This document shows, piece after piece, positions 1-22,765 of a stretch of DNA of 64,000 bases. Source of the DNA: Nymphaea colorata. Its lineage: Eukaryota. Every line of letters starts with the position of its first letter. The stretch's first letter is position 1. Under the pieces are notes generated by a model. It was not told the origin of the DNA. It worked only from the letters and a program-made list of their open reading frames with translations, and ran no database searches. The position numbers and the translations under genes were made by a program. The stretch lies in contig NC_045138.2 in assembly GCF_008831285.2 (NCBI RefSeq), forward strand, positions 9,114,001 through 9,178,000, in the 5' to 3' direction.

Positions 1-794
1 AAGGGAAGGAGGAGGAGGAGGAAGAAGGGAAGGGAAGGGAAGGGAAGGGAAGGAGGAGGAGGAGGAAGAAGGGAAGGGAAGGGAAGGGAGGAGGAAGAGG
101 AAGGGAATGAGGAGGAGGAAGAAGGGAAGGGAAGGGAAAGAGGAGGAGGAAGAAGGAGGAAGAAGGGAAGGGAAGGGAGGAGGAAGAAGAAGGAGGAGGA
201 GGAAGAAGAAAGGAAGGGAAGGAGGGAGGATTTTGTGGATGATGGGCGTCAGGCAGTGCCATCAGCGGCGGCAGGGGACGTGGGGAGGTGGCCTCACCGT
301 GCTCTCCTCCTCTTCTTCCCCTCTTCTCATTCCCTCCTTGCCGTGCCCTCTTCCCCTCTTCTCCTTCTTCCCCTCTTCCCCTCCTATCATTTCTCTTCCC
401 CTCTTTTCTTTCCCTCCTCGCCGTCCCCTCTTCTCCTTCCCTCCTCTTCTTCTCCTCTACTCCTTCCCGCCTCGCGGTGCCCTCCTCCCCTTCTTCCTCC
501 TCCCTCTTCCCTCCTTCCCTTACTCCTTCTTCTTCCTCAATCCTTCTTTTCTTCCTCCTTCTTCCTCCTCCCTCCTTCCCTTCCTCGGCGTCCCTTCTTA
601 GCGTCCCTTCTTCCTCCCAATGGTCAAAAAAATTTTCCACCCCTCTGGCTGGAAAAAATTTTTCAGAAATATTTTTTCATTTCCACTTTTAACGGTAAAA
701 AAAAAATTCTAAGTTTGATGGAGAGGAAAAATTTTAAAATTTTGAATTTTTTTTCTACTGCTATAGTAAATTTCCAGGGCATCAAACGCGCCCC
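1..794. mobile_element. Right part of a PIF/Harbinger-like non-autonomous element with purine/pyrimidine low-complexity interior
   Basis: Ends ...CATCAAACGCGCCCC (reverse complement GGGGCGCGTTTGATG); the reverse complement of 620-794 aligns by eye with 61527-61700; interior is GA-rich 1-230 and CT-rich 300-620. Confidence 0.55.
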
Positions 795-2693
795 TAGTGA
801 ACCGGATTTAGCTTAGAGATCTTATATAGCTCACTCCCATCGGGCTTGGGTTTCTAATTTGGCGGATCCCAAACTGTCCCATACTAGCTTTGATTCTAAA
901 CCCAAATTTATTAAGAACCAAAACAATCAACTACTTAACTAATCATTAAAGATTTTCTACAAGCTTTAGACCAGATTTTTCATAATGGAGTGTTCCAAAC
1001 TTCCATCAACCTTTCTTAAGACACACATGCTCATGAAGAACTGTAAGTTTAAGTATTGAATCATGTTCTTATACCACTATAACAACTTGACCTACTCCTA
1101 CACTAGGTTCAAGTTCTTAATTTGATTGATTCTAAACCACCTCTTAGGTGGTTTTAATTCCAAACTAAAAATCAAGACAATCAACCACTTAACCAACCCT
1201 ATCTATAAGTTCTTGAAGTTTTCCTATAAACTTTACTGTGGAACTAAACTTTTAACAATGGGGTGTTACCAACGTTACATGTCCTAGGCTTGTGGATTTG
1301 ATAAAAAATAAAAACAAAACCAAAAACTCAACTTCATTACATACCAGTTGAAATCTGGTCTCACTAGTGGAGGCATTCACGACCCAAGTTGAGACAACTC
1401 AAGCTTGACTCAAGATGAGATGAGTCAATCTCAAGTTCACCAACTCAAGCTTGACTAGACTAAACTAGAGCCATCCAAGCAGTTAAAAAGAATTTATGTT
1501 AAAATAAAAAAAGGCAACAAGCGAATTTGAAAGAGAGGCCTCTTTTTAGAGAGGCAAATGAGACCAATCATAAACAGACCAAGTTAGTTATATCAATATT
1601 AGGGAAGCCACTCTCAAAATATGTTTTAAATGAGCTTGGATGACTTTAAAAAAAAACACACATGAACTCAGCTCATCAATAGACAATCTAAAGTAGCCGG
1701 GCTTATTTATCCCTACTCATACGGTAAAAAAGCAGCAACTAATTTTGCTCAAAGGAGTAGCTTGATCAAATCAAATTTTTTGTCGAATAAATTAGGCTTC
1801 AAACATTCAAATTAAATCAAATAGTTAGAACAAAAAGATTTGTCGTGGCAAAACTCCGACCAATTTGCTACCTTTTTACTAATGGAAATATGTTTCACTT
1901 TATTGATACAATTAGGTTTCCCTTGAAGAACTTGCATTAATTCAATATTTTAAATAATTATTTTAAATATTAATGAAAAATTATTTGGGTATAATTAATC
2001 ATGCATAACATTGTTGGATATAGTTAAAAAAATAATAATACAAACTAATGAACTAACAAATTGTTTTAAGGTATTTTTGTCTTTTCATCATCTTTAACTT
2101 AGCTTAAATAAGCATAACAGAAGGTTAATGGATACGTGAATGTTTTATTATGGTACATGACGTAACTTAGGTGTCTTTTTAACAATATGAAAAGCCTAAG
2201 CTCGTCTTTTATGAACTTGCCCAGCTGAAAAGCTGGTCCTCTGGCAAGAATTTGCGCTAGTTGGTTCAGTATTATATGGACTAAATCGATACTCTTCCCA
2301 CAGGCTCACACTCTTTATCAGTTAACCACAACTAGTTTCCATTATCAAGATTTCTTAACAACAGATCAACCAGTGACACCTTGCAAAGCCTTGATCTCTT
2401 CTTGTTTATCCCCTCAGCCACCATTTATCATGGTGAGAATTTCCAGAAAATCAAACCAAAAAATGAACTGGAAGTTTGCTACCAGCAAAGACGATAATTG
2501 AAATGTCAGCGGCACTAAAAAAGGTGCCTCTGCAGCCAATTGAATTGCCAAGCTAACTCTTTTGCAACTAATATGATATGGAGCCATAGCTCTCACACCT
2601 CATTCAACCTAGTCTAACGCATTTTCATTTCCAAAAGCCCAAGCCTGGCAGATGTGTTAGAAGTCTCACCCTCGTCACTGTTAAATTCCTTAA

Positions 2694-2844
2694 GGAGTGT
2701 TTAACAACAGTTACAAATTGTTGTTGTTTCATAAATCTACCTTAAAAAATGAGACATATTCATGGAATGTTATAACCCAATCTTTGAGACTGAAACAGAT
2801 TCTTAAAACAGTAACAAATTTGTTACTGTTGTCAAACTACCCCA
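2694..2844. mobile_element. Tourist-like MITE (~150 bp)
   Basis: Imperfect TIRs GGAGTGTTTAACAACAGTTACAAATT / reverse complement GGGGTAGTTTGACAACAGTAACAAATT; TAA on both flanks (2691-2693, 2845-2847). Confidence 0.65.
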
Positions 2845-3754
2845 TAAGGTAAGTCTTTTTGGACACTTCCAAGCCCGAAAAAGAGAGATCCTGAACATTG
2901 CCTCCATGAAAGAAAGGGTTTTGCAGGGAAGCTTGAAGCTCACGTACCAATGGGAATGAAATGTTACCTATACATGTGCAACCAAGACAATTCTAAGTTT
3001 ATAGTTTCTAACGGCAAGAACAAGATGGTTAATGCACCAAACATCTACAGTGTGCTCCAATCGAAAACGAGAGAATTACACATGGCTGGTTTTAGTTGCT
3101 CACAAAAAATAAAAACTCCAAGGTATCTGACAAGAAGATATACTTTTCAACCAAATATCTGATACACCTCATTAGTCGTATCTCAACTGGAATTAAAGGG
3201 AATAATGCTTGTCTTTTTTTTTTTTTTTACTAACGAAGCCTAAGTTGTTCTCAATTTTTTTCTTTAAAAATTTATTTTCATCCTTATGGAGAATATAACA
3301 TCATCTGCGTAGAGGATGCAGAATCATTCTTGACGAAGAAACAATGTGCTTAGCTTTACTCTTAATGGGATATAGAGGACAGGTCTCTGTATGCATCAGG
3401 AATACAGTACACGTAGGATAAATTTTTGGTGAGACATTGAATCCATTAAATTTTCCTTTGGAACGTAAAGAAGTTTTGGAGCATTTCAACATTTACCCAT
3501 GACTGAAGCCCCGATATGCTATCTAATCTTTCTTATGTCTAAAGTCTTAACAGGGTGGAAAGTTAGAAGATTAGTAACTTCACCAACATCCGTAAAACAA
3601 ATAGGTAGAGGTGCGTCCTTTGTCTACCATATATTATAAAGTTAACTCTTGATTTATTTATAAAACAAAGTTTTGATTACAAGATTACTCTGGTAGTTAT
3701 ATGTCATACATATGATCACCAAGGCCCTTTTCGATGTTTCAGATAATATCTACA

Positions 3755-15492
<11,738 letters not shown>

Positions 15493-15547
15493 TCTCACTC
15501 TCTCTGTTTGCTCAAGGTGAGAATTCCTGCTGGCTGGGAAGGAAGCC

Positions 15548-15556
15548 AACCCTAAT
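15548..15556. promoter_or_regulatory. Telo-box-like motif AACCCTAAT ~55 bp upstream of COP10 ATG
   Basis: Near match to the AAACCCTAA telo-box in the expected position; a site II motif (TGGGCC, minus strand) lies at 15752-15757. Motif match only. Confidence 0.35.
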
Positions 15557-15585
15557 CCGTTGAGCTCAGAATTGAGAAGGTGGTG

Positions 15586-17830
15586 CGGGCCCGACCCCAC
15601 TCCCCGCCGCTCAATTAGTCCTACGGTCCTACCCAGCCTACACGATTCAAAGTCAGTTCAGCCAAACAGGAGTTCCGGCGCAAATACAAGTCAGTATGGC
15701 AGTACATGCATTCCCAGGCCCTCACAACAAAATTCGGAAATTAGGTGTAAAGGCCCATATGCGTACAATAGTGTACGGTACAAGATGAGCTTTCAATAAA
15801 AATATCAAGCACACGCATACAACGCCAAACCACAACCTCAGCCTTCAATCGGACTAGGAGTGTTGTCCACGGCTCGAAGGAGGTTAATGGGCAAACCACA
15901 GCCAGATAATCCTCTCGGCATCCTCTCGGTACAAGCCAACTCGAGAAGATGGCAGTCGGGTCCTCACTCCTCAATGCTACCTACGCTTTGGGCCATAGTA
16001 GCGAGGGTTGTCGATGCCAGGGAGCCTATCTAGGCTCGGCAAATCACCCAGAAGATTGATGCGAGGGAGGAGGACACTGAATAACTCACCAATGAGCAAG
16101 TACGCCAAGCAGTCCAGAAGAAATGGATCAGGCCTCCGAAAGCAACTCCTATCGAGCTCCACAACGCTGCCGCCAGGATGATGGGATCCGCTGCCAAGGT
16201 GCTGATGGCGGCAAGGTCAACTCGGAAGAGCCGAGCCACGTTAGAAAAATCCTTTAAGGCCAAGCCAAGGTGACTTCTACGATCCGGCCAAGAAAACACT
16301 ACTGCACGTCTGCACCCGAGAAGAATGCGAGTCTCGACCTCTGCATCCAGATGATCACCAACCGGGCAACTGGCCGCATCTAAGGCGATCCTCTAGGGCT
16401 TGAACATCCGCAGAGTAGCACACCTCCGTCAAAACTTTTAAGGGTCGCTAAGGCGCTACGACTAAGCACAAGGCACCGGCTCGCCAAGAAGCCAGAACCA
16501 ATCCACCAGGTCATAAAATATGGTCAGTAGACATGGTTCCGGTAGCAATATCTCGGGTTGTAGAACTCTAACGGAAGCCGATTAGATACTTGTTGGAATA
16601 ATCGAAAGGGCTTTCTAACGAGCTCTTACCCACTCAAATCGAAGCAGGGTAACCTGCTCAAATATCGCTGGAAATAGTGCCTTTGGACACTTCCATGCAG
16701 CAGGAACTAAACAGTGATCAGTTGGCCTCCTTCTGATGGTCGAATCTCAAGCTACTGATCTCCGAGCAGGGTGTGTAGGCGTTCTTGGAAGGTAATCTGG
16801 AGAGTTGTCCAATGAGGTCTTGTTTGTTGAACTCGAGCATGGAAACCCACTCAAACCATGCTAGAAACAGTACCTCTAAACACCTCACGCAACAGGCGCA
16901 GCACAGTGAACAGTCTTGCAATTTGGATCCAGTGCCACAAAGTCGACCGAAATCTGATTGAGGCAAATGAGCACTCGTTGGAAATATTATTGAAAGGGCT
17001 TTCCAATGAGTGCTTATTTGCTGGATTATGATTACGAGAACCCCTTCAAAGATGCAAGCAAACATGGGGTCTGGCACACCATCTGCAGGAAATACCTCGA
17101 ACACTTACATTACCAGCGTGAATGCTAACTTCGCACAGATTCTGCACGTGCACGGCAGGGGCTCTGGGTGAGCTGACAAGGGGGTTTAGAAGGGGGGTCG
17201 ATGGAGGTTCTCCAGTGCAAAGGGTATGGATCAATTCGGATGGAGAGCTGGGCTAGACGTCACCGAATAGATGGAGTGTGTTCGGCTAATGGGTAGGGGG
17301 ACTGAAGGGTGAGGCTTTCGGTGGGTGTTGGGAGCGTTTGGTGGCTATGGGTCGTAGGGCTCAAAAAGAGGTTAAGAAAACCAGTAGACTCCTAGTAGCT
17401 TCGGTCATGGAAAGCCGGCAAGAATCTCCTGATTCCATCAAGAGAAGAGGATACTGCTGGATTGGGAAAAAGGTCGATTCGCCAAGGGAAACTCGAATTG
17501 AGAGCTGGGGATGAGAAATTGGAGCTCGAGAGTGAGAAAAGCGCAATCTGTCTTGTTTGTCAGCCTGAAAATGGCATTGGGCCTATTGGAAAATTAGAGA
17601 GGGTGAAGGGGATCGATAAGGGGGGAGGTGAGACGATGGACGTACCTGAGCAGACATCGATGGATTGTTGTGGCATAAAGGGAGGACGACGGCTTGTTGG
17701 GCGCCCAACAATGCATCCTGTCCGTCTGAATCAACCACCATTATGGGTGCAGCTTGCCTCAGTGTTGAGTGGAATGAGGGAGTCGCCGATGAGTTTGCAG
17801 GTTGGAATGGGGCATCAGAAGTTGGTGTGA
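15586..17830 (-). mobile_element. Dispersed repeat directly upstream of COP10, possibly a decayed LINE 3' portion
   Basis: 15586-16310 is collinear with 57020-57720 (e.g. GGCCCATATG, GGGAGCCTATCTAGGCTC, AATAACTCACCAATGAG). No RT motif recognised, so the class is uncertain; extension to ~17830 rests on composition only. Confidence 0.5.
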
Positions 17831-19084
17831 TTGATAGTTTTATTTCCTTTCCAAAGTTTTCACATCAAAAACGTAACCCAAGATTATTAATCAAAATGGC
17901 TTTGCGTGCCTTATATACTGTGAAAACAAAGTGAGTGTTATGTAATAAAGATTGTATATCGGATGTGAATCATATTATCAATATACACATTTATTTTTAA
18001 CCCATACATTGAATATGTACGTGTGAGAAAACAAATATGCATGAAATAAGTATTAGATAATGTTATACTATTATAAAATATATATAAGATAATGAAATAA
18101 GAGAACGAATGAATGACATAAGTATGAGATAATATTTATGAAATGACAAAAGAGTTATGAGATAATGAAATAACAAATGGATGTATGAGATAACAAGACA
18201 TAAGTAAGAATACTGTTTATAAAATAATAAAATATTTATAAAATAGTGAGATAATGGATAGATGTATGAAATAACACTAAACATAAGTATGAGATAATGG
18301 TTATGAGATAATAAAATATTTAACCCAAGGAGCATGACATATCTAGTTGGGCCTACGACTAACCATCTAGTTTAGGCACAAGTATATAACGCATGGCACT
18401 ATTGAATCAATTTGTGGTAGTTTTTGAATTGGCTGATGCAGCCGATTCATGCCTATTCTACTTGCATTGTAAGACTAATTAAGCCAAGCTTATTTTAAAG
18501 GTTTTTTTTTTAATCAAAAACCATGAGATGCCCTTTAAAAAATAACATGGATTTGGATCTAGATCAGATCTATCTTATGATTGTATACTAATTGCAATAA
18601 GGGCTGTCTAGGTGTCCAAATTCATACCTTTAAAAACTGTAAAATCATAATTATTAAGGCATTGATTAATATAATCAGTGATTTAAGATTCTCTCTCTCT
18701 CTAACCTTCTCTCTTTAACCCTAGGTCGTGACGGCTTTCTGACCAAAAAAGGAATGAGGATAATAGTGTTCAATACCATTTTATTTTAATAAATAAAAAA
18801 ATTTAAATGAATTTCGTTGGTGTTGAGTCCAAGTCGTGGTCACCTATACGAGCCAGACCCGAACCAAGCCGAGCTGATTTAGCCTGCTCGCAAAGTGGCG
18901 TATGCATCCACCACCATCTGATGATCAAATTTCTCGCCCTCTCTCTCTCTCTTTCCTATAGAAGCAAGTGATGTCAGTACAAAGAGAGAGAGAGAGAGAG
19001 AGATACTAAAAGAGACAATGAGAGAGAGCCTGATATTGTTTTATTTCTTTTTGTATGTTCTTCTTCTCCTTAAGAAGAGGAGAG

Positions 19085-19815
19085 GAAAAAAACGAAAAAA
19101 GTTTTTTTTTTATTGTTTAAATGGGCATATTGGTCATAATGATACTTATATACGAACGGATAAATTTTACCTTTATCGAATCTTCAAATCTTTTTTTTGT
19201 GATTTCTTTTTTTGTCCCCTACAAAAGGTTTCTTTTTTATTAATCATGGTTTTTTGTCGTGATTAAAATGGTGTATGAAATTACATACACAGAGGCAGCG
19301 TATATAACCAACTTCAGTAAAAACGGTAGGTCAACTACCTGATGTGGGTAAACATGCCCCCTTTATTGGCTTCAATCGGTTAACCTCATTCTACAAAGAT
19401 GAGTTAACCTGGTCAACTGATTTTGGCATGCTACCTCATCTCATCCTCTCGATTTGGACTCCACGTCATCCGCTAGGTCACACATGGGTTCCCCACATTT
19501 CTTGATGCATCCATTACCATATCCAATAGTAGCCGAAGGATGGTTGCGTGTAGAGCTGGTTATATACGCCACCATCATGTAAGTAATTTCATGCATCATT
19601 TTAAGTATGGCAAAAAAAACCCACAATTAATACAAAAAAAAACTTTTTAGCAAGGATAAAAATAGAAACCACAAAAAGAAGATTTGGGGATTTAAACCAC
19701 AAAAAGAAGATTTGGGGATTTAGTAAAGGTCAAATTTTTCAGTCTGTACATGCATATCGTTATGACTAATATACCCCTTTAAGCAATAAAAAAAAATCTT
19801 TTCATTTTTTGTCTC
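19085..19815. repeat. Long imperfect inverted repeat (arms ~19085-19315 and ~19552-19815), Mutator TIR-like
   Basis: GGGCATATTGGTCATAATGATA / TATCGTTATGACTAATATACCCC; GCGTATATAACCA / TGGTTATATACGC; TGAAATTAC / GTAATTTCA. Confidence 0.75.
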
Positions 19816-20060
19816 GCTCATAGTGTTATCTTATTATCTTATAAACATTATCTCATAAAAAATGCACTATCTCATCAGTCACTTATCTTGAACATTAACT
19901 CGAAAGCCGAATTGGCACCAAGGCGAGTCGATGGCAAATCGGCTAGTGCACTCAATCGATACTAGTGTCCCTCGGTTGATGGGAAGAATGATGCAAGTAG
20001 TTTGTAGATAAAGTTGTTGTTGTCCATAAATACCCTTCAATGCAGCAAAATGGCTTTTTA

Positions 20061-20542
20061 GAAAGAGCATGCCCCGAGGTGGATGGCAGGAATGATGCGA
20101 GAAGCTTGTATCTTAAAAAGGAAAAAGGAAGTTTATTAGTCATAGAGCAGAGGCTTCTCCATAACGCTTTGAACGTTCAAAGCAACAGAGAGAGTTGTTG
20201 GTTGCAGACTGTGGTTATCATCCTCATCGGAGTGGTTTTCATCATCGGTCAAAGAGCGTCGGTCGGAGCATCCTTAAGGATGCCTATTGGAAGGACCAGA
20301 GGAAAGAGCATGCCCCGAGGTGGATGGCAGGAATGATGCGAGAAGCCTGTATCTTAAAAAGGAAAAAGGAAGTTTATTAGTCATAGAGCAGAGGCTTCTC
20401 CATAACGCTTTGAACGTTCAAAGCAACAGAGAGAGTTGTTGGTTGCAGACTGTGGTTATCATCCTCATCGGAGTGGTTTTCATCATCGGTCGAAGAGCGT
20501 CGGTCGGAGCATCCTTAAGGATGCCTATTGGAAGGACCAGAG
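20061..20542. repeat. Near-perfect 241-bp tandem duplication
   Basis: 20061-20301 vs 20302-20542; two substitutions seen. Confidence 0.95.
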
Positions 20543-20578
20543 GCCTAGTTCGCTTATTCCAAAGAGAGTTCTTGTTTG

Positions 20579-20725
20579 CATGGTGTGCTTATCATCCTCA
20601 TTGGAAGTTATTGTCATCAGTTGAATAGCATCTATCCTTTTCCAAAATAATAGACTATATCTATCACCGATGACGCTATTCAACTGACGACAATAACTTC
20701 CAATGAGGATGATAAGCACACCATG
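20579..20725. repeat. 51-bp inverted repeat with 45-bp loop
   Basis: CATGGTGTGCTTATCATCCTCATTGGAAGTTATTGTCATCAGTTGAATAGC (20579-20629) vs reverse complement of 20675-20725; one mismatch. Confidence 0.95.
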
Positions 20726-21499
20726 AAAATAATAGACTATATCTATCACCGATGAGGATAATAACTTCCTCAAAGAACTTGGAAAAAGATAGAATGGTGG
20801 GCGAGCACGATGTTTTGGCAAAACAGAAAGAGGATGAAGTTGTCTTTGTAGTAGAGCTTATGTCACATGAGGTGGAGCAGGTCATGGAGAAGGAGAAGGA
20901 AGCATCAAAGAAAATGAGAAGAGATGGCAGAAACAAAGGAACATAACGTGGAGATGGACAATGCAATGGAAAAGGAATTTGAGAAGGAGGTGGCAAACAT
21001 GAATGGACAAGCCACGGAGTCAGGTGGCAAAAATGAGGAGGGTACAAGCTAGAGATATGGACAATGCAGGGAATAAGGGACTTGAGCAGAAGGAGGTGGC
21101 AGAAACAAAGGGACATGCCATGAAGATGGAGAAAGGAGGGGAGATTAAATTTCAGTAGGAGGAGGTGGCAGAACAAGAGCAACTCTTGGAGGCAGGGAAT
21201 GCAGGGGAGATGGATAATGAAGAAGGGAATCTATTATTGGATGAAGGGAATCTATTGTTGGATGAAGCATAGAGATTAGTGTGAGATTTGCTGACTGTAC
21301 CTTCACTACTAAAAATTAGAGGTTCTAGGCAAAGGAGAAAACCATATTTCAACGTAGATGTGGTAAAGATAGTTGGAAAGAAAAGGAGGGCGATTGTGTG
21401 ATGTTGATGTAAATCATTTATTTCGTTCATTCAAGTATTTGTAATTGAAGTTTTTGTACAGAATGATGCCTTTGACATTGGTATATCTATTGCATAAAT

Positions 21500-22145
21500 G
21501 TGGGCGCTACCAATGGTGTTTGGTCATTGATTGGTATGAAGTTCTGTCGGGCTTCCAAAAATAGAGGTTGGTGATGATGTGATTCTCGGGGCTGCTTCCC
21601 CATGACGCAATGGAACTTGAATGGGGGCCCTTGTATGCCCTGACATGTGGGATTTTTGGACAAACACATTTGTGTTTAATGGATTTGAGATGATGATCAC
21701 CGTAGAAGACATTGTTAGGCTGTTGCATTTGACTAATGGAAACCTATGGTCAGGACATCTAAGTACAACTTGATAGGGAAGAGTAATGACCTTCAAGGGT
21801 TGACAAATTTGGAGTTTAAGAAAGTTATGGTCTTTGGGAGAAAGTCGACGTCATTAGTTGTTTTAGAGCCACAGAATAAATGGCAGCATGCAAAACATGA
21901 TGCACCTTCACAAGAATCAGACCAGACATTGACGTCCTTTCTTGTATATTTATTTAGTGTGTGTCTATTTAGTGACAAACAATGCGGTCTCAATAATAAG
22001 CTGGCAGTACATCTAACCTTTGGAAGATGTTGACAAGATTCACCGCTATGCATGAGGGTCAATTGTGATAGCGCATTTGTATGGCCAACTGGAATGATTT
22101 AAAGACGGGGTTGCATCCTTGGGAGGATGCTAGTTGTTACTGCAG
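21500..22145 (+). pseudogene. Plant mobile domain (PMD, MAIN/MAIL-like) remnant
   Basis: WDFWTNTFVFNGFEMMITVEDIVRLLHL from 21648; SFLVYLFSVCLFSDK; YA*GSIVIAHLYGQL; GGC*LLLQ. These match the PMD pattern W..ETHTF....EMTITLEDV / FLLY....LF.DK / YSWGSAVLA.LY..L / GG...LLQ in order, with stops and frameshifts. Confidence 0.8.
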
Positions 22146-22765
22146 ACATAAATAGCATCTTTATTATGTAAATTTATATATAAAAAGGATTATCTATCAT
22201 CTTGTAAGCGTGTTTATTTTGTTCTAGCAAATGCCTTTTTATCATAAAATCAGTCCATACGGTGTGGTTGTTGCATAATCTATAGCAAATTTATTTAAGC
22301 CTATCACAAATTTATTTCAGCATATCGGAATATGTTTTTTCTACAATTTATCAGCCTTAGTAAATACCTTTTTATCGTAAAACCAGTCCATATAGTGTCA
22401 TTGTCGCATTAAAGTTGTCAAACTAGTTATCACATTCTTATAAACACGATTTTATGAGAGTATTGTAAAATGAATCATGTAGTTGCGTTATTGTATGACT
22501 TTTTGTTTGATTACTTATCGCCTCCTTGTAAATGCGTTGTTACTTCATTTTCATGTACAACAATCTTGTTGTTTATTATTGCAATCTATTTTCTTTGACT
22601 ACTTATCGCCTCTTAGTAAATGTCTTTTAATCGTAAAACTAGTCCATATAATGGTTTTGTCGCATTCAACTTGTTTGAGTGTTTATTTTACTCTACATTG
22701 TACATGTCAATAGTTTCTATTTTCTTCTTCTTTGTCTGGTTTGGCCTTCTTAGTGCGGCCCGTGA

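Noticed and set aside
107..816. Three overlapping ORFs of 134-193 aa
   Set aside because: Products of stop-poor GA/CT low-complexity sequence; no domain motifs.
1366..2210. Possible old MITE remnants (CTCAAGCTTGACT repeats; GGTATTTTTGTC motif)
   Set aside because: No convincing TIR pair or TSD found.
16300..17830. LINE ORF2 coding call
   Set aside because: No endonuclease, RT or zinc-finger motif could be read with confidence; kept only as an unclassified repeat.
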